Source of the DNA: an uncultured Candidatus Saccharibacteria bacterium
GTDB taxonomy: Bacteria > Patescibacteriota > CALEFQ01
NCBI GenBank assembly: GCA_965230955.1
Contig: OZ246404.1
Span: forward strand, 685,426 to 749,425
DNA: 64,000 nt
Reading direction: 5' to 3'
Shown here one piece after another: positions 27,151 to 38,527 of the stretch. The notes beneath the pieces were generated by a model. It made no database searches. It was not told where the DNA came from and saw nothing but the letters and a program-made list of their open reading frames with translations. Each line of letters begins with the position of its first letter. The first letter of the stretch is position 1. The position numbers and the translations under genes were made by a program.

Positions 27151-27540
27151 TTACCAAATCTTACAAATGATCTCGCCGCCAAGCTTTTGTTTCTTGGCTT
27201 CGCGGTCAGTCATCAAACCCTTGGAAGTAGAAATAATTGAAATACCTAAACCTTGTAAAACCTTCGGCAATTCGGTCGCCCGTCGATAAACCCGACGGCC
27301 CGGTTTGCTGATGCGCTCCAGGGTATCGATAATCCCCTTGCCCTGTTCGTATTTCAACAACAAACGCAATTTGGGACCGCGTTGGCCTTCTTGTTCTTCA
27401 AAATCAGCCAAATAACCTTCCGCTTTAAGAATTTCAGCCATCCGCTTCTTGATCTTTGAGAACGGCACAAAAACTTCCTCAAGCTTGACCGCTTGGGCAT
27501 TACGGATGCGTGTTAGCATGTCGGCAATAGGATCATTCAT
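27151..27540 (-). CDS. rpsH: 30S ribosomal protein S8
   Basis: DPIADMLTRIRNA, SKPGRRVY, STSKG. Confidence 0.98.
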   Translation of the reverse strand: MNDPIADMLTRIRNAQAVKLEEVFVPFSKIKKRMAEILKAEGYLADFEEQEGQRGPKLRLLLKYEQGKGIIDTLERISKPGRRVYRRATELPKVLQGLGISIISTSKGLMTDREAKKQKLGGEIICKIW

Positions 27541-27555
27541 AAATATATTGACGTT

Positions 27556-27750
27556 TTACCAGCTAGCTTTTCGAATCCCGGGAATATCACCGCGGGTGGC
27601 CATTTCTCGAAAACAAATGCGACATAAACCAAACTTACGCATGTAACCATGCTTGCGACCGCAACGCCAACAGCGCCGTACCACTCGGGTCATATATTTA
27701 GCGCGCTTGATCGATTTATTCGCTTTGTACTCTTTAGCTTCTGTAGACAT
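27556..27750 (-). CDS. rpsN: 30S ribosomal protein S14, short zinc-binding type
   Basis: RCWRCGR...[18 protein letters not shown]. Confidence 0.96.
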   Translation of the reverse strand: MSTEAKEYKANKSIKRAKYMTRVVRRCWRCGRKHGYMRKFGLCRICFREMATRGDIPGIRKASW

Positions 27751-27760
27751 AAATTATCAA

Positions 27761-28396
27761 TTAGGCTTTCTTGGCTGGCTCGGCCGCCCCGGACGAGGCA
27801 CCGGTAGTCTGACCGGACGGTTTTTGAAAACGACGCTTCTTTTTCTTCTTGCGCTTTTCATGGCGGAAAGGAATACCAAGCAAGGTGAAAAGACGTAAAC
27901 CTTCGGCCTGATTGTGAGCGGTCGTGTTGATCGTTACTTCCAAACCGTGAATTTTTTCAACTTCATCAGGATTAATTTCCGGAAAAACCATATGCTCTTT
28001 GAAACCAAGGGCTAAATTTCCCTGGGCATCAACCGAATAATCCGGGATACCGCGGAAATCACGCACCCGAGGCAAAACCACGCGCGTTACCTTCTCCAAA
28101 AAATCATACATTTTTTGCTTGCGTAAGGTGACCATCAGGCCGACTACCATACCGGCGCGAATTCCGAAACCCGATACCGCCTTGCGAGCCAAAGTCTTGA
28201 CGGGACGCTGGCCGGTAATGCGCTGGAGAGTATCGGTCATAACATCAAGATATTTGGCATCTTTGATCGCTTTGCTCAATCCAATATTAACACTCACCTT
28301 TACTAAGCGCGGCACCGCCAAAACATTGGTATAGCCGAACTCTTTCTGTAAAGCCGGGACGATTTCCGATCGATATTGTTCAAGTAATCGCTTCAT
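27761..28396 (-). CDS. rplE: 50S ribosomal protein L5
   Basis: ITGQRP, VTLR, PRVRDFRG, FPEI. Confidence 0.97.
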   Translation of the reverse strand: MKRLLEQYRSEIVPALQKEFGYTNVLAVPRLVKVSVNIGLSKAIKDAKYLDVMTDTLQRITGQRPVKTLARKAVSGFGIRAGMVVGLMVTLRKQKMYDFLEKVTRVVLPRVRDFRGIPDYSVDAQGNLALGFKEHMVFPEINPDEVEKIHGLEVTINTTAHNQAEGLRLFTLLGIPFRHEKRKKKKKRRFQKPSGQTTGASSGAAEPAKKA

Positions 28397-28399
28397 AGT

Positions 28400-28708
28400 C
28401 TAAAATTTCTCCTTACATTTACGGCAAATACGCCATTTTTTACCCGCTTCAATCTTGGTTCGTCCCACTCGATTGGGTTTGTTGCACTTGGGACAGACGA
28501 CCTGGACATTGGACATATGCAAAGGGGCGTTAAATTCTACGATTTGTCCTTTCTCGCCCTGGCGTCGGGGCCGGACATTTTTCTTGCGCATATTGATATT
28601 TTCTATCACTAATCGCTCGGCACTGGTAAGAACCTGCAAAACCTTCCCGGTTTTACCGCGATCTTTGCCTGACAGCACTTTTACATTGTCGCCTTTATGA
28701 ATTTTCAT
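28400..28708 (-). CDS. rplX: 50S ribosomal protein L24
   Basis: KGDNVKVLSGKDRGKTG, H.SNV, CPKC..CRKC; start set at ATG 28708. Confidence 0.96.
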   Translation of the reverse strand: MKIHKGDNVKVLSGKDRGKTGKVLQVLTSAERLVIENINMRKKNVRPRRQGEKGQIVEFNAPLHMSNVQVVCPKCNKPNRVGRTKIEAGKKWRICRKCKEKF

Positions 28709-28712
28709 AATC

Positions 28713-29084
28713 TTAGATAACTTCAGGAGCGAGTGAAATAATTTTTTGGAAGCCGGCTTTGCGGACTTCGCGAGCCACCGGGCCAAAAATACGAGTGCCG
28801 CGCGGTTCTTGATCGTCCTTGTTGACGATTACCGCCGCATTTTCATCAAAACGAATATAGGAACCGTCTTCGCGGCGATGCTCTTTCTTTACCCGCACCA
28901 AAACCGCTCGAACCACATCGCTTTTCTTGACGATCCCGCGGGGAATAGCTTCTTTAACCGCACCGACAAAAACCTCGCCTAACCGAACATAGCGTCGTCG
29001 GGTGCCACCCAAAACACGGATGCACTTGATTTCTCGAGCGCCGGTATTGTCTGCTACTTTTAGCCAGGTTCCGGTTTGAATCAT
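28713..29084 (-). CDS. rplN: 50S ribosomal protein L14
   Basis: [24 protein letters not shown]. Confidence 0.98.
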   Translation of the reverse strand: MIQTGTWLKVADNTGAREIKCIRVLGGTRRRYVRLGEVFVGAVKEAIPRGIVKKSDVVRAVLVRVKKEHRREDGSYIRFDENAAVIVNKDDQEPRGTRIFGPVAREVRKAGFQKIISLAPEVI

Positions 29085-29091
29085 ATATTTC

Positions 29092-29349
29092 TTACTTTGC
29101 TTTAGGATAAACTACGCGCCAGCGCTTGGTGCGCGACAAGGGTCGGCATTCTTCAAAGTTAATCGATTCACCTTCTTTGAATTTACCCTGCTCGTCATGA
29201 ACATGATAAAGCTTGGTCACCAAGTAGCGCTTGCGGTACTTGGGATGCTCTTTCTGCCGATCAACCGATACCACCAAAGTCTTCTTCATTTTGGCTTTCA
29301 CCACAATACCTTGCAGGGTCCGTTTAATTTTATGATCTGGCTTATTCAT
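29092..29349 (-). CDS. rpsQ: 30S ribosomal protein S17
   Basis: [21 protein letters not shown]. Confidence 0.96.
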   Translation of the reverse strand: MNKPDHKIKRTLQGIVVKAKMKKTLVVSVDRQKEHPKYRKRYLVTKLYHVHDEQGKFKEGESINFEECRPLSRTKRWRVVYPKAK

Positions 29350-29359
29350 AACGTAAAAA

Positions 29360-29545
29360 TTATTTAGTCTCGTTTATGACAGTCAAGATCCGAGCGATAT
29401 CCTGACGCAATTTCTTGTGCTCGCGGTAATTCTTCACTTGCTTATTGGCAATCCGAAAATTCAAATCCCGCAGCTTTTCTCTCAGACTGGCGAGCTGTTT
29501 ATGTAAATCAGGTTTGGATTTTGAGCGCAGGTCTTTCGCTTGCAT
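29360..29545 (-). CDS. rpmC: 50S ribosomal protein L29
   Basis: DLR..LRQDIARILT; position in the S10 operon. Confidence 0.93.
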   Translation of the reverse strand: MQAKDLRSKSKPDLHKQLASLREKLRDLNFRIANKQVKNYREHKKLRQDIARILTVINETK

Positions 29546-29553
29546 ATCTTTAG

Positions 29554-29970
29554 CTATTCTTTAGCTTCTTGTGAAACGATTTTGGATGTGACCGGTAATT
29601 TATGGGAAGCCAAGCGCAGAGCCTCATCGGCGATCTGCGGCGTCACACCATCGATCTCAAACATTATTTTGCCCGGCTTAACTACCGCTACAAAATGATC
29701 CACGCCGCCTTTTCCGCCACCCATGCGATTTTCTGATCCGTGAAAAGTAACCGGTTTGTCGGGGAAAATGCGAACCCAGATTTTACCGCCGCGCTGAACA
29801 AATCGGGTCATGGCTCGCCGCGCCGCTTCGATCTGGCGCGCCGTCACCCAAGCTGATTCTTGGGATTTCAAACCCCAGGAACCAAAACTCAGGCGGTTTC
29901 CGCGACCGGCCGTCCCGGTCATGCGACCGCGGTGCTGCTTGCGATGTTTTACTTTACGTGGCATCAACAT
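29554..29970 (-). CDS. rplP: 50S ribosomal protein L16
   Basis: [28 protein letters not shown]. Confidence 0.98.
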   Translation of the reverse strand: MLMPRKVKHRKQHRGRMTGTAGRGNRLSFGSWGLKSQESAWVTARQIEAARRAMTRFVQRGGKIWVRIFPDKPVTFHGSENRMGGGKGGVDHFVAVVKPGKIMFEIDGVTPQIADEALRLASHKLPVTSKIVSQEAKE

Positions 29971-29985
29971 ATAAGAATCTGGTAA

Positions 29986-30657
29986 TTATTTTTTCTTAAC
30001 CGGAGCGGCTGATTTTTCGAAAACTTCACCGGAATATATCCAAACTTTTACACCTACCGCCCCATAAGTCGTACGGGCCGTGTAACAAGCGAAATCGATA
30101 TTGGCTCGAATCGTATGCAAAGGGATATTGCCTTTGGCTAACCACTCGCGTCGTCCCATATCGGAACCGTTCAAGCGTCCGGAAACGGCGATCTTTACTC
30201 CTTTGACATTCTGAGCTTCCATAACTTTCTCGGCCATTTGCTTCATGATCCGGCGGAAAGCAACACGTTTTTCCAATTGTTCCGCGACCGCCTGAGCCAC
30301 TAATTTGGCATGGCCGTAAGGATTGCGAATTTCTTCAATATTTACCTTCACTTCCATCTTTTGATTGGCAGCCGAAATCTGCTTCTTAACTTCATTCTTG
30401 AGCTGCTCCACCCCCGCTCCGCCTCGACCGATAATCAAACCGGGACGCGAAGTCTGAACAGTAATCGTAATCAAACGAGGAGAACGCTCGATTTCAATGC
30501 CCGCTACGCCCGCTTCTTTCAGCTTGCGCTCCAAAAACTCACGGATGCGGGTATCTTCCTGCAGCATTTCGCGAAAATTCTTTTTCCCAAACCATTTCGA
30601 AGGCCAGGAATACAGAACCCCTAATCGGAAACCTCTTGGATGAACTTTTTGCCCCAT
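29986..30657 (-). CDS. rpsC: 30S ribosomal protein S3
   Basis: MGQKVHP.GFRLG, RPG.IIG, SGRL, PLHT.RA.ID, GVKVWI. Confidence 0.98.
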   Translation of the reverse strand: MGQKVHPRGFRLGVLYSWPSKWFGKKNFREMLQEDTRIREFLERKLKEAGVAGIEIERSPRLITITVQTSRPGLIIGRGGAGVEQLKNEVKKQISAANQKMEVKVNIEEIRNPYGHAKLVAQAVAEQLEKRVAFRRIMKQMAEKVMEAQNVKGVKIAVSGRLNGSDMGRREWLAKGNIPLHTIRANIDFACYTARTTYGAVGVKVWIYSGEVFEKSAAPVKKK

Positions 30658-30666
30658 AGTAGGATA

Positions 30667-31224
30667 TTAATTCTCAGACGATTTGCGTCGGAAAATCTTA
30701 TTCATAAAACCACCCGTTCCCGGACCAGATTTTTTCTCAGGGTGCTGCTCTTTAAATTTACCGGACCGCTTCTTGTCGGAAGCGTCAGTCTCGGTGTTTC
30801 CCAGCTTGGCGATATCATCCTTGGTCTTGAGCCGGGTAACTTTGGGCTGGCCGGATTTGCTCTTCTTCACTTTCGGCTTTTTCTTCCCTTTAACTCTTTC
30901 TTCAAGCACAATGACAACTTGTGAAGTTCGCTTAAAAATTTCTGCCGCGACGCCCTTGGCTTCCGCGTGCCAGCGTTTGTAAGTCGGACCGGGATTGACC
31001 ATTATTTCCTTGACGAATAAATTATTTTTATCCATCTCGAAATTATTTTCCGCATTGGCCATGGCCGAGCGTAGCAAAGACAGAACCGGCCGCGCCGCTG
31101 TTTTCGACAGAAAAGCCAATTGCTGTTCCGCCGCCACCGCATCAAGTCCGCGAATCAAATTAACCACCAGTCGCACTTTGCGCGGTGAAATTCTGATTTG
31201 TTTGACGGAAGCTTTTACTGACAT
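30667..31224 (-). CDS. rplV: 50S ribosomal protein L22 with long C-terminal extension
   Basis: ISPRKVRLV, SAMANAENN; ~70-aa Lys-rich tail. Confidence 0.96.
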   Translation of the reverse strand: MSVKASVKQIRISPRKVRLVVNLIRGLDAVAAEQQLAFLSKTAARPVLSLLRSAMANAENNFEMDKNNLFVKEIMVNPGPTYKRWHAEAKGVAAEIFKRTSQVVIVLEERVKGKKKPKVKKSKSGQPKVTRLKTKDDIAKLGNTETDASDKKRSGKFKEQHPEKKSGPGTGGFMNKIFRRKSSEN

Positions 31225-31244
31225 ATCTTCAAATAATTAACTGA

Positions 31245-31583
31245 TTACTTTTTGGCGGGAGCCGCCGGTTCTTTGGCCGCTTTGGGACTATCGGCCTCTT
31301 TGGCCGCCGCGGCTTCTTCCGCCGCTTTGCGACCGCCGTGCGCCACAAACTTCCGGGTCGGCGAAAATTCACCTAATTTATGTCCCACCATATTTTCAGT
31401 GATGAAAACCGGTAAGTGTTGTTTACCATTATGTACTCCGATCGTCAAACCAACCATTTCCGGAAAAATAACCGAATCACGCGACCAGGTCTTGATCATC
31501 GTTTTGTCACCAGGCTTCAAATTCTTGATTTTTTCCATCAGCCGAGGATCGGCGAATGGCCCTTTTTTAAGACTTCGTGACAT
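31245..31583 (-). CDS. rpsS: 30S ribosomal protein S19
   Basis: [22 protein letters not shown]. Confidence 0.98.
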   Translation of the reverse strand: MSRSLKKGPFADPRLMEKIKNLKPGDKTMIKTWSRDSVIFPEMVGLTIGVHNGKQHLPVFITENMVGHKLGEFSPTRKFVAHGGRKAAEEAAAAKEADSPKAAKEPAAPAKK

Positions 31584-32418
31584 GGCCTTGACGATTATGG
31601 ATAATAAACTTGTTGGAACTTTTCTTCTTGGAGCGCGTCTTGACTCCCAAAGCCGGCTTGCCCCATGGAGTGCGCGGACCTTTCTTCAAACCGATGGAAG
31701 TATGTCCTTCACCGCCACCGTGCGGGTGATCAACCGGATTCATGGCCGTACCAACCACTGTCGGACGAATACCCATCCAGCGCTGTCGGCCAGCTTTTCC
31801 GATAGTCACATTTCCGTGATCTTCATTGCTCACTTGACCGATCGTGGCCAAACAAGTACCGAGAAAATTCCGGACTTCCCCCGAAGGAAGCTTCAACTGG
31901 GCATATTTACCTTCATGACTCATCAATTGCGCCATGGTACCGGCCGAACGTACGACTTGTCCGCCCCGGCCCGGCTGTAATTCGATATCGTATAAGAAAA
32001 CACCGTCTGGTAAATGTTGCAAAGGCATCCGATTGCCGATTTTCACTTCAATTTTATTATGCGAAGACAGAACATCCGCTCCGGTTTTCAATTCATGAGG
32101 AGCAATGATGTAGCGCCGTTCGCCATCGGAATAAACAATCAAGGCGATAAAAGCCGAGCGATTTGGATCATATTCCAAAGCTTCCACTTTTGCCGGAATA
32201 TCAAATTTGTCGCGGCGAAAATCCACAAAACGATAGCGCTGGCGATGTCCGCCTCCCTGGTGCCGAACCGTGATCTTGGCGCCCATTCCCCGGCCAGAAT
32301 GTTCCTTTTTGGTCTGGGTCAATTTTTTATGGGGTCGCTTTTTAGTGAGTTCACTAAAATCGACGGTCGTCATGTATCGTCGGGAGGGAGTAAGCGGTTT
32401 GTAAGTTTTAATTGGCAT
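31567..32418 (-). CDS. rplB: 50S ribosomal protein L2
   Basis: [25 protein letters not shown]. Confidence 0.98.
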   Translation of the reverse strand: MPIKTYKPLTPSRRYMTTVDFSELTKKRPHKKLTQTKKEHSGRGMGAKITVRHQGGGHRQRYRFVDFRRDKFDIPAKVEALEYDPNRSAFIALIVYSDGERRYIIAPHELKTGADVLSSHNKIEVKIGNRMPLQHLPDGVFLYDIELQPGRGGQVVRSAGTMAQLMSHEGKYAQLKLPSGEVRNFLGTCLATIGQVSNEDHGNVTIGKAGRQRWMGIRPTVVGTAMNPVDHPHGGGEGHTSIGLKKGPRTPWGKPALGVKTRSKKKSSNKFIIHNRQGHVTKS

Positions 32419-32442
32419 TAGATAGTAGTTAGTCGTCGGAAA

Positions 32443-32859
32443 TTAGACTCCTTCATAAATCTGGATCTTCTGTCCGGCCGGAAGCGTGACAATGGCCTTT
32501 TTCCAATTCTGGGTCTGACCCTGGCTGCGGCCACTGCGTCGGCGCTTGCCCAAAACATTTATCACGCGTACACACACAGGCTTGATTCCGTAAACGTGAT
32601 ACACGGCTCGGGCGATTTCCGGTTTCGAAGCGGCTTTCGCCACTCGAAACAAATAAGTATTCTGCTCGGCTAAAATTGTTCCCTTTTCAGAAATGATCGG
32701 ACGCATCAAAACCCGGTAAGCGAGTTTGGTATCGGCCTTAAGCTTTTTATCTTTCGGCTTTGCCGTTTTTTCGCCTTTTCCCGGCTGCACTAAACCAACT
32801 CCGCGGCTCGGCGCCGAGGCAGGCTGATCAGATTTTGATTTTCCGCCGAAAAGAGCCAT
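32443..32859 (-). CDS. rplW: 50S ribosomal protein L23 with N-terminal extension
   Basis: P.ISEK, WKKAIVTL. Confidence 0.94.
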   Translation of the reverse strand: MALFGGKSKSDQPASAPSRGVGLVQPGKGEKTAKPKDKKLKADTKLAYRVLMRPIISEKGTILAEQNTYLFRVAKAASKPEIARAVYHVYGIKPVCVRVINVLGKRRRSGRSQGQTQNWKKAIVTLPAGQKIQIYEGV

Positions 32860-32860
32860 A

Positions 32861-33583
32861 TTATTTCTTTACAGGTTTTTTAATCTTCTTCTTCGGTGCC
32901 GCGACTGCTTTCGCACCGGATTTCTGGCCACCCTTTTTCACCAGCGATGCCCCGAAAGTCTGACTGATGACCGCAATGCTATCTTTCAACAAAATCAATT
33001 CTTCATAATCCAACAAATCTTTGATGTTCAAACTATCCGCTCGAGTCAGTTTGATCACCGGAATATTGCGCCCGGCTCGGTAAATCATCGATTCTTCTTT
33101 CAGACCGCGCAAGGCCACCAAAGTGGTTTTTCCCGCTACCGGCAATTTCATCAAAATCGCGGCTAATTCCTTCGTCTTGGGCTGTTCAAGTTTCAAAGCA
33201 TCCAAAACCACCAATTGCTTATCCAGAACTTTTGAAGTCAGAGCCATAAATAAAGCTTTGTGCCGAGCTTTGGCATTCATTTTCTTGCTGTAATTCCGTT
33301 CATTGCGCGGACCGAAAGTCGTACCGCCGCCGATCCAAATCGGAGACCGAATAGACCCGGCGCGAGCGCGGCCAGTCCCTTTTTGCTTCCAGGGTTTTTT
33401 CCCGCCGCCGCGAACTTCGCCGCGGGTTTTGGTATGAGCCCAGGGAGTGCGAGCATTGGCCGTCTGGGTAACCAAGGCTTGATGCAAAACATTCATCTTC
33501 GGCTTCACTTCAAATATCTCGGCCGGCAAATTAACTTCACCGACTTTTTCACCGGATTGATTGTGCACTGCGATCTTCGCCAT
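32861..33583 (-). CDS. rplD: 50S ribosomal protein L4
   Basis: TKTRGEVRGGGKKPWKQKGTGRARAGS; start set at ATG 33583. Confidence 0.97.
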   Translation of the reverse strand: MAKIAVHNQSGEKVGEVNLPAEIFEVKPKMNVLHQALVTQTANARTPWAHTKTRGEVRGGGKKPWKQKGTGRARAGSIRSPIWIGGGTTFGPRNERNYSKKMNAKARHKALFMALTSKVLDKQLVVLDALKLEQPKTKELAAILMKLPVAGKTTLVALRGLKEESMIYRAGRNIPVIKLTRADSLNIKDLLDYEELILLKDSIAVISQTFGASLVKKGGQKSGAKAVAAPKKKIKKPVKK

Positions 33584-33584
33584 A

Positions 33585-34190
33585 TTAGTCAAGCGTATGA
33601 ATTTGAATAAGAGTCTTCGGCGCTCCGGGCAAAGGTCCTTTGATCGCTAAAATCCCGGCGGCGCTATCTACCTTGACCACCCAGGTCTGTCGCGTGACGC
33701 GATCATGCCCCATCCGACCAGCCATTTTCAAACCCTTGCGAGTATGCTGGGGAAAACGGGCACCGGCAGAACCTGGCTTGCGCTCGTCATGACGATGGCC
33801 ATGGGTGGATGATTGGCCGGCAAAGTTATGACGACGAACCACGCCTTGATAACCCTTCCCTTTGGATAAAGCTACGATCTTAACTTTGTCGCCGTCTTTG
33901 AATATTTCGGCCGTGACTTTATCGCCGCGCTTGAATTGAGCATCCGCTCCAACTCGAAATTCCCGTAAATAACGAAAAGTTTCCAGATCTTTCAAGTGAC
34001 CTTGAAGCGGTTTGGTCAGGTGTTTGCGCCTTCCGAAACCAAGCTGAACCGCCCGATACTTATCTTTGTCGGCATCTTTGATTTGGGTCACCGTGCAAGG
34101 ACCGGCCTGAACTAAAGTTACCGGGGTAACTTTCCCGGTCTGATCGAAGACCTGCGTCATGCCTAATTTTTGACCCAAAATAAATTTCAT
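33585..34190 (-). CDS. rplC: 50S ribosomal protein L3
   Basis: GQKLGMTQ, SKGKGYQG, MAGRMG; start set at ATG 34190. Confidence 0.97.
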   Translation of the reverse strand: MKFILGQKLGMTQVFDQTGKVTPVTLVQAGPCTVTQIKDADKDKYRAVQLGFGRRKHLTKPLQGHLKDLETFRYLREFRVGADAQFKRGDKVTAEIFKDGDKVKIVALSKGKGYQGVVRRHNFAGQSSTHGHRHDERKPGSAGARFPQHTRKGLKMAGRMGHDRVTRQTWVVKVDSAAGILAIKGPLPGAPKTLIQIHTLD

Positions 34191-34203
34191 AGTAATCGTA
34201 AAC

Positions 34204-34272
34204 AAAAAAACTGTAATTGCCTGAGATCGACCTCTCTAAACTGCGCCGTCATTTCAGGCACTTACAGTTTTT
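34204..34272 (-). promoter_or_regulatory. Structured leader / attenuator-like hairpin upstream of rplC
   Basis: AAAAACUGUAA-GUGCCUGA...UCAGGCA-A-UUACAGUUUUUUU long stem ending in a U-tract 13 nt before the rplC start. Confidence 0.55.
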
Positions 34273-34349
34273 GGGCCGATTCAGTATCGCCCCCTCTCTC
34301 AAAAATTTATAAATAAATCTTTGGTGAGGAGGGACTTAAATCCGTGTCC

Positions 34350-34400
34350 CCCTACACTCAAGCGCTCAACCATAAGACTTGAACGTTTGAGTGTGGGAGG
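34350..34400 (-). other. Hairpin directly after the rpsJ stop
   Basis: cctacactcaagcgctcaa...ttgaacgtttgagtgtggg inverted repeat. Confidence 0.5.
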
Positions 34401-34401
34401 A

Positions 34402-34737
34402 TTACATTTTTATCTCAACATCGACTCCACTGGGAAGATTCAGATTCATCAGCGAATCAATTGTTTTCGCTGTCGGCTGCTGAATGTCAATCAGTCGCTT
34501 GTGAACCCGCATTTCGAATTGTTCCCGGGAATCTTTTTTCGCAAAGGAGGCCCGAATCACAGTATACTTACTGTTTTCGGTTGGCAAGGGAATCGGACCG
34601 AGTACCTGCGCACCTGTGCGCTGGGCGGTCTCGACAATCTGCTTGGCGGATTGATCAATAATCTTATGATCATAAGCTTTGATCTTTATCCGGATCCGCT
34701 GACTGCCTTCTTCGTTTTCAACCTCTTTCTTATCCAT
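34402..34737 (-). CDS. rpsJ: 30S ribosomal protein S10
   Basis: [29 protein letters not shown]; start set at ATG 34737. Confidence 0.97.
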   Translation of the reverse strand: MDKKEVENEEGSQRIRIKIKAYDHKIIDQSAKQIVETAQRTGAQVLGPIPLPTENSKYTVIRASFAKKDSREQFEMRVHKRLIDIQQPTAKTIDSLMNLNLPSGVDVEIKM

Positions 34738-34926
34738 GAGACTGGTTGTTAATGTCTCGCTCAATCGAGTAATTACTCGATAAAGTTTTAATCAATAAAG
34801 TCTGCCAGCAAAGTAATTTTTCAACTTCCTGGTAGAAAAGGAAATGACGATTCATTTCCCTTCCTTATCAAGAAATTACCCGCGCACCGACCCCGAAGTA
34901 ATTTCGAGCCGGTGCAAGGTGAGTGC

Positions 34927-36135
34927 TTACTTGATTATTTTCGTGACCAATCCGGCGCCGACGGTTTTGCCGCCTTCGCGGATAGCAAACTTCATCTCTT
35001 CTTCCATGCCGACAGCTGAGGTCAATTTGATTTTCAAATTAACGTCATCGCCAGGCATAACCATCTCGGCTTTTTCGGGCAGAGCCGTCACTTCACCGGT
35101 CACATCGGTCGTACGGATATAGAATTGGGGTTTGTACCCTTTGAAAAACGGAGTGTGCCGTCCACCTTCTTCTTTGGTGAGAATATACACTTTCGCTTCG
35201 AATTCGCTGTGCGGTGTGATAGAACCCGGTTTGGCCAAAACTTGGCCGCGTTGCACTTCATCCTTTTTGGTACCGCGGAGCAAAATACCGGCATTATCAC
35301 CAGCCATACCTTCATCCAGAGATTTGTTGAACATTTCAATGCCGGTCACGACGGTTTTCTTGGTCTCGCCCAAACCGACAATTTCGACTTCGTCGTTGAT
35401 CTTGACCATGCCGCGCTCGATGCGTCCGGTAACAACCGTTCCGCGACCTTCAATGGTAAAGATATCTTCGATCGGCATCAATAAAGGCTTATCGGTATCG
35501 CGCTTCGGATCGGGAACATTTTCATCTAAAGCTTTGATCAAGTCGAAAATCGGCTTGCAAGTGGGACATTCCGGTTTCTTATCCTTGCATTCCAGAGCTT
35601 TGAGAGCTGAGCCGCGAATGACAGCTGTTTTTTCGCCGTCGAATTCATACTTAGTCAGGAGTTCGCGAACTTCTTGCTCGACTAAATCAATCAATTCCGG
35701 ATCATCAACCGTATCGACTTTATTCAGGAAAACGACAATGGTCGGCACGCCGACTTGGCGAGCGAGCAAAATATGTTCTTTAGTTTGAGGCATAGCACCA
35801 TCAGCGGCTGACACAACTAAAATTGCGCCGTCCATCTGGGCTGCGCCAGTAATCATGTTTTTGATATAGTCGGCATGTCCCGGACAATCGACGTGAGCAT
35901 AGTGGCGCTTGGCTGATTCGTACTCAACGTGCGAAGTGGCAATTGTAATGCCGCGTTCTTTTTCTTCCGGAGCGTTGTCAATGGTGTCAAAGGCACGAGC
36001 TTTAGCTAAACCCTGAGCCGCTAAACAAGACGTAATAGCCGCGGTCAAAGTAGTCTTGCCGTGATCGACATGACCAATCGTCCCGACATTGACATGGGGC
36101 TTAGATCGGTCGAATTTGGCTTTTTCTTCAGCCAT
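34927..36135 (-). CDS. tuf: Elongation factor Tu
   Basis: [26 protein letters not shown]. Confidence 0.99.
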   Translation of the reverse strand: MAEEKAKFDRSKPHVNVGTIGHVDHGKTTLTAAITSCLAAQGLAKARAFDTIDNAPEEKERGITIATSHVEYESAKRHYAHVDCPGHADYIKNMITGAAQMDGAILVVSAADGAMPQTKEHILLARQVGVPTIVVFLNKVDTVDDPELIDLVEQEVRELLTKYEFDGEKTAVIRGSALKALECKDKKPECPTCKPIFDLIKALDENVPDPKRDTDKPLLMPIEDIFTIEGRGTVVTGRIERGMVKINDEVEIVGLGETKKTVVTGIEMFNKSLDEGMAGDNAGILLRGTKKDEVQRGQVLAKPGSITPHSEFEAKVYILTKEEGGRHTPFFKGYKPQFYIRTTDVTGEVTALPEKAEMVMPGDDVNLKIKLTSAVGMEEEMKFAIREGGKTVGAGLVTKIIK

Positions 36136-36242
36136 GGTGGTGGTTTTTTGTCACCGCAATTACCCACGCGGTGAATTAGAAACGTTTAAATAAAAAGATA
36201 AGTTAAAATAACGAACTCACGATATCCTGCAATCAATTACTG

Positions 36243-36271
36243 AGTTTAACAGCCTTCTTTTGAACCGTCAA
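36243..36271 (-). promoter_or_regulatory. Internal promoter for tuf
   Basis: TTGACG-17 nt-TAAACT with extended TG. Confidence 0.65.
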
Positions 36272-36316
36272 GAGCTGGACAATATTATAGAGGAGTCTCC
36301 CGGAAAGAGCAAGTTG

Positions 36317-36440
36317 ATAAATCCAAAACATGACATTCGAAGCCCGAAACAATATTCAAATCAAAACCCCAAAATACTAGTATTTAAATGCCGGGATTTC
36401 AGATTTAGAAATTGTTTCGGATTTCGAATTTATGGTTTCG
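36317..36440. repeat. Heptamer-periodic palindromic element, family G (ATTTCGG/ATTTCAG-like)
   Basis: cgaagcccgaaacaatattcaaa ... atttcagatttagaaattgtttcggatttcga. Confidence 0.55.
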
Positions 36441-36443
36441 CGC

Positions 36444-38522
36444 TTATTCCTTCTCTTCTCCCGTAATCTGGCGCGCAATATTCGGCGGAACTTCGGCGTA
36501 ATGATCGAACTGCATATTCGGCACCCCGCGTCCCTGAGTCAAAGAGCGTAAAGTAGTCGTATAGCCAAACATTTCAGCCAGCGGAACTTTGGCATCAATC
36601 ACTTTTAATTTACCGCGATCATTGATGGCATCGATTTGCGCCCGCTTGGCATTCAAGTCACCGACAACATCACCCATGTAATTATCCGGACAAATAACTT
36701 CCAATGACATGATCGGTTCCAACAAAATCGGATTGGCTTTACGCACGCCTTCTTTCAAAGCCTTTGATCCGGCGACTTTGAAAGCCGCCTCGGAAGAATC
36801 GACTTCATGGTAAGACCCGTCAAAAATCGTAACACTGACATCGATCACAGGATAGCCGGCAATAACGCCATTGTCCATGGCTTCTTTTACACCTTTTCCA
36901 ACCGGAGCAATATACTCTTGGGGAACAACACCGCCTTTAATATCATCAATAAATTCAAAGCCTTTACCCCGTTCTCTCGGTTCCAATTTCAGCCAGACAT
37001 GACCATACTGTCCGCGACCGCCAGTTTGCTTGATATACTTGCCTTCGGATTCAACAGCTTTTTTGATAGTTTCTTTGTAAGCGACTTGCGGTTTCCCGAC
37101 ATTGGCTTCCACCTTAAACTCACGACGCATGCGTTCGACCAAAACTTCCAACTGTAATTCACCGACGCCGGAAATAATCGTCTGACCGGTTTCTTCATCG
37201 GTCTTGACGCGGAAAGTCGGATCTTCAATCGCCAGCTTATTAAGGGCAATGCCCAATTTTTCTTGGTCGGCTTTTGTCTTGGGTTCAATCGCCATCGAGA
37301 TGACCGGTTCGATGAAAGTAATGCTTTCTAATTTTATGGGGTGCGTCTCATCACACAAGGTATCGCCGGTGCGAGTATTTTTTAAACCGACCACCGCGGC
37401 GATTTCCCCGGCATAAACCACATCGACATCTTCGCGTTTATTGGAATGCATCCGCAAAATGCGGCCGATGCGTTCTTTATCGCCGCGTACCGGATTCAGA
37501 ACATAAGTTCCAGCCGTCAATGTACCGGAATAAACGCGGAAAAAAGTCAGAGTTCCCACAAAAGGATCGGTCGCAATCTTAAAAGCCAAAGCGGCAAAAG
37601 GCTCGGCGTCATCGGTTTTGCGAACTAATTTCTTTTTTTCATCGCTGGGATCAGTTCCTTCAATCGGCGGTACATCAAGAGGCGAGGGCAAATAATCCGA
37701 TACGGCATCGAGAAGCGCCTGGACCCCTTTGTTTTTCAAGGCGGAACCGCACAATACCGGAATAAGTTTCAAGGTCAAGGTCGCCCGGCGCAAAGTCTTT
37801 TTTAAATCGGCAGGACTGACTTCTTTTCCCTCTAAATAATCGGCCATTAGTTTATCATCCTGCTCAACAATCTTTTCCACCAGTTTTTCGCGCCATTTTT
37901 TAACTTCCGCTTTCAATTCTTCCCGGACAGGTTTTTCGGTCACGTCCTTTCCCAATTCACCGCTGAAAATCTGCTCTTTCTGCTCGATCAAATCAACTAC
38001 GCCTTCAAAAGAATCCTCAATGCCAATCGGGATTTGGATCGGCACGGCATCCTCCGTCAATCGATCATAAATGGAAGCCACATCAGCGTCGAAATTCGCG
38101 CCGGTACGGTCCAATTTATTAATAAAACAAATACGGGGAACTTTATATTTGTCGGCTTGGCGCCAGACAGTTTCTGATTGGGGCTCGACTCCGGCGACAC
38201 CGTCGAAAACAACAACACCGCCATCCAGCACACGCAAGGAACGTTCAACTTCGGCGGTAAAATCAACGTGACCGGGAGTATCGATCAGATTTATTCGAAT
38301 CCCCTTCCAAAAACAAGTGGTCGCGGCGGAAGTAATAGTGATTCCGCGTTCACGCTCCTGATCCATCCAATCCATTTCGGCCGCGCCCTCGTGAACTTCG
38401 CCGATTTTGTGTTTTTTACCGGTGTAATACAAAATTCGCTCCGAAACCGTCGTTTTACCAGCATCGATGTGAGCGATAATACCGATATTGCGTGTATTGG
38501 CGAGAGAATATTCGCGGGGCAT
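36444..38522 (-). CDS. fusA: Elongation factor G
   Basis: [34 protein letters not shown]. Confidence 0.99.
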   Translation of the reverse strand: MPREYSLANTRNIGIIAHIDAGKTTVSERILYYTGKKHKIGEVHEGAAEMDWMDQERERGITITSAATTCFWKGIRINLIDTPGHVDFTAEVERSLRVLDGGVVVFDGVAGVEPQSETVWRQADKYKVPRICFINKLDRTGANFDADVASIYDRLTEDAVPIQIPIGIEDSFEGVVDLIEQKEQIFSGELGKDVTEKPVREELKAEVKKWREKLVEKIVEQDDKLMADYLEGKEVSPADLKKTLRRATLTLKLIPVLCGSALKNKGVQALLDAVSDYLPSPLDVPPIEGTDPSDEKKKLVRKTDDAEPFAALAFKIATDPFVGTLTFFRVYSGTLTAGTYVLNPVRGDKERIGRILRMHSNKREDVDVVYAGEIAAVVGLKNTRTGDTLCDETHPIKLESITFIEPVISMAIEPKTKADQEKLGIALNKLAIEDPTFRVKTDEETGQTIISGVGELQLEVLVERMRREFKVEANVGKPQVAYKETIKKAVESEGKYIKQTGGRGQYGHVWLKLEPRERGKGFEFIDDIKGGVVPQEYIAPVGKGVKEAMDNGVIAGYPVIDVSVTIFDGSYHEVDSSEAAFKVAGSKALKEGVRKANPILLEPIMSLEVICPDNYMGDVVGDLNAKRAQIDAINDRGKLKVIDAKVPLAEMFGYTTTLRSLTQGRGVPNMQFDHYAEVPPNIARQITGEEKE

Positions 38523-38527
38523 CTTAG

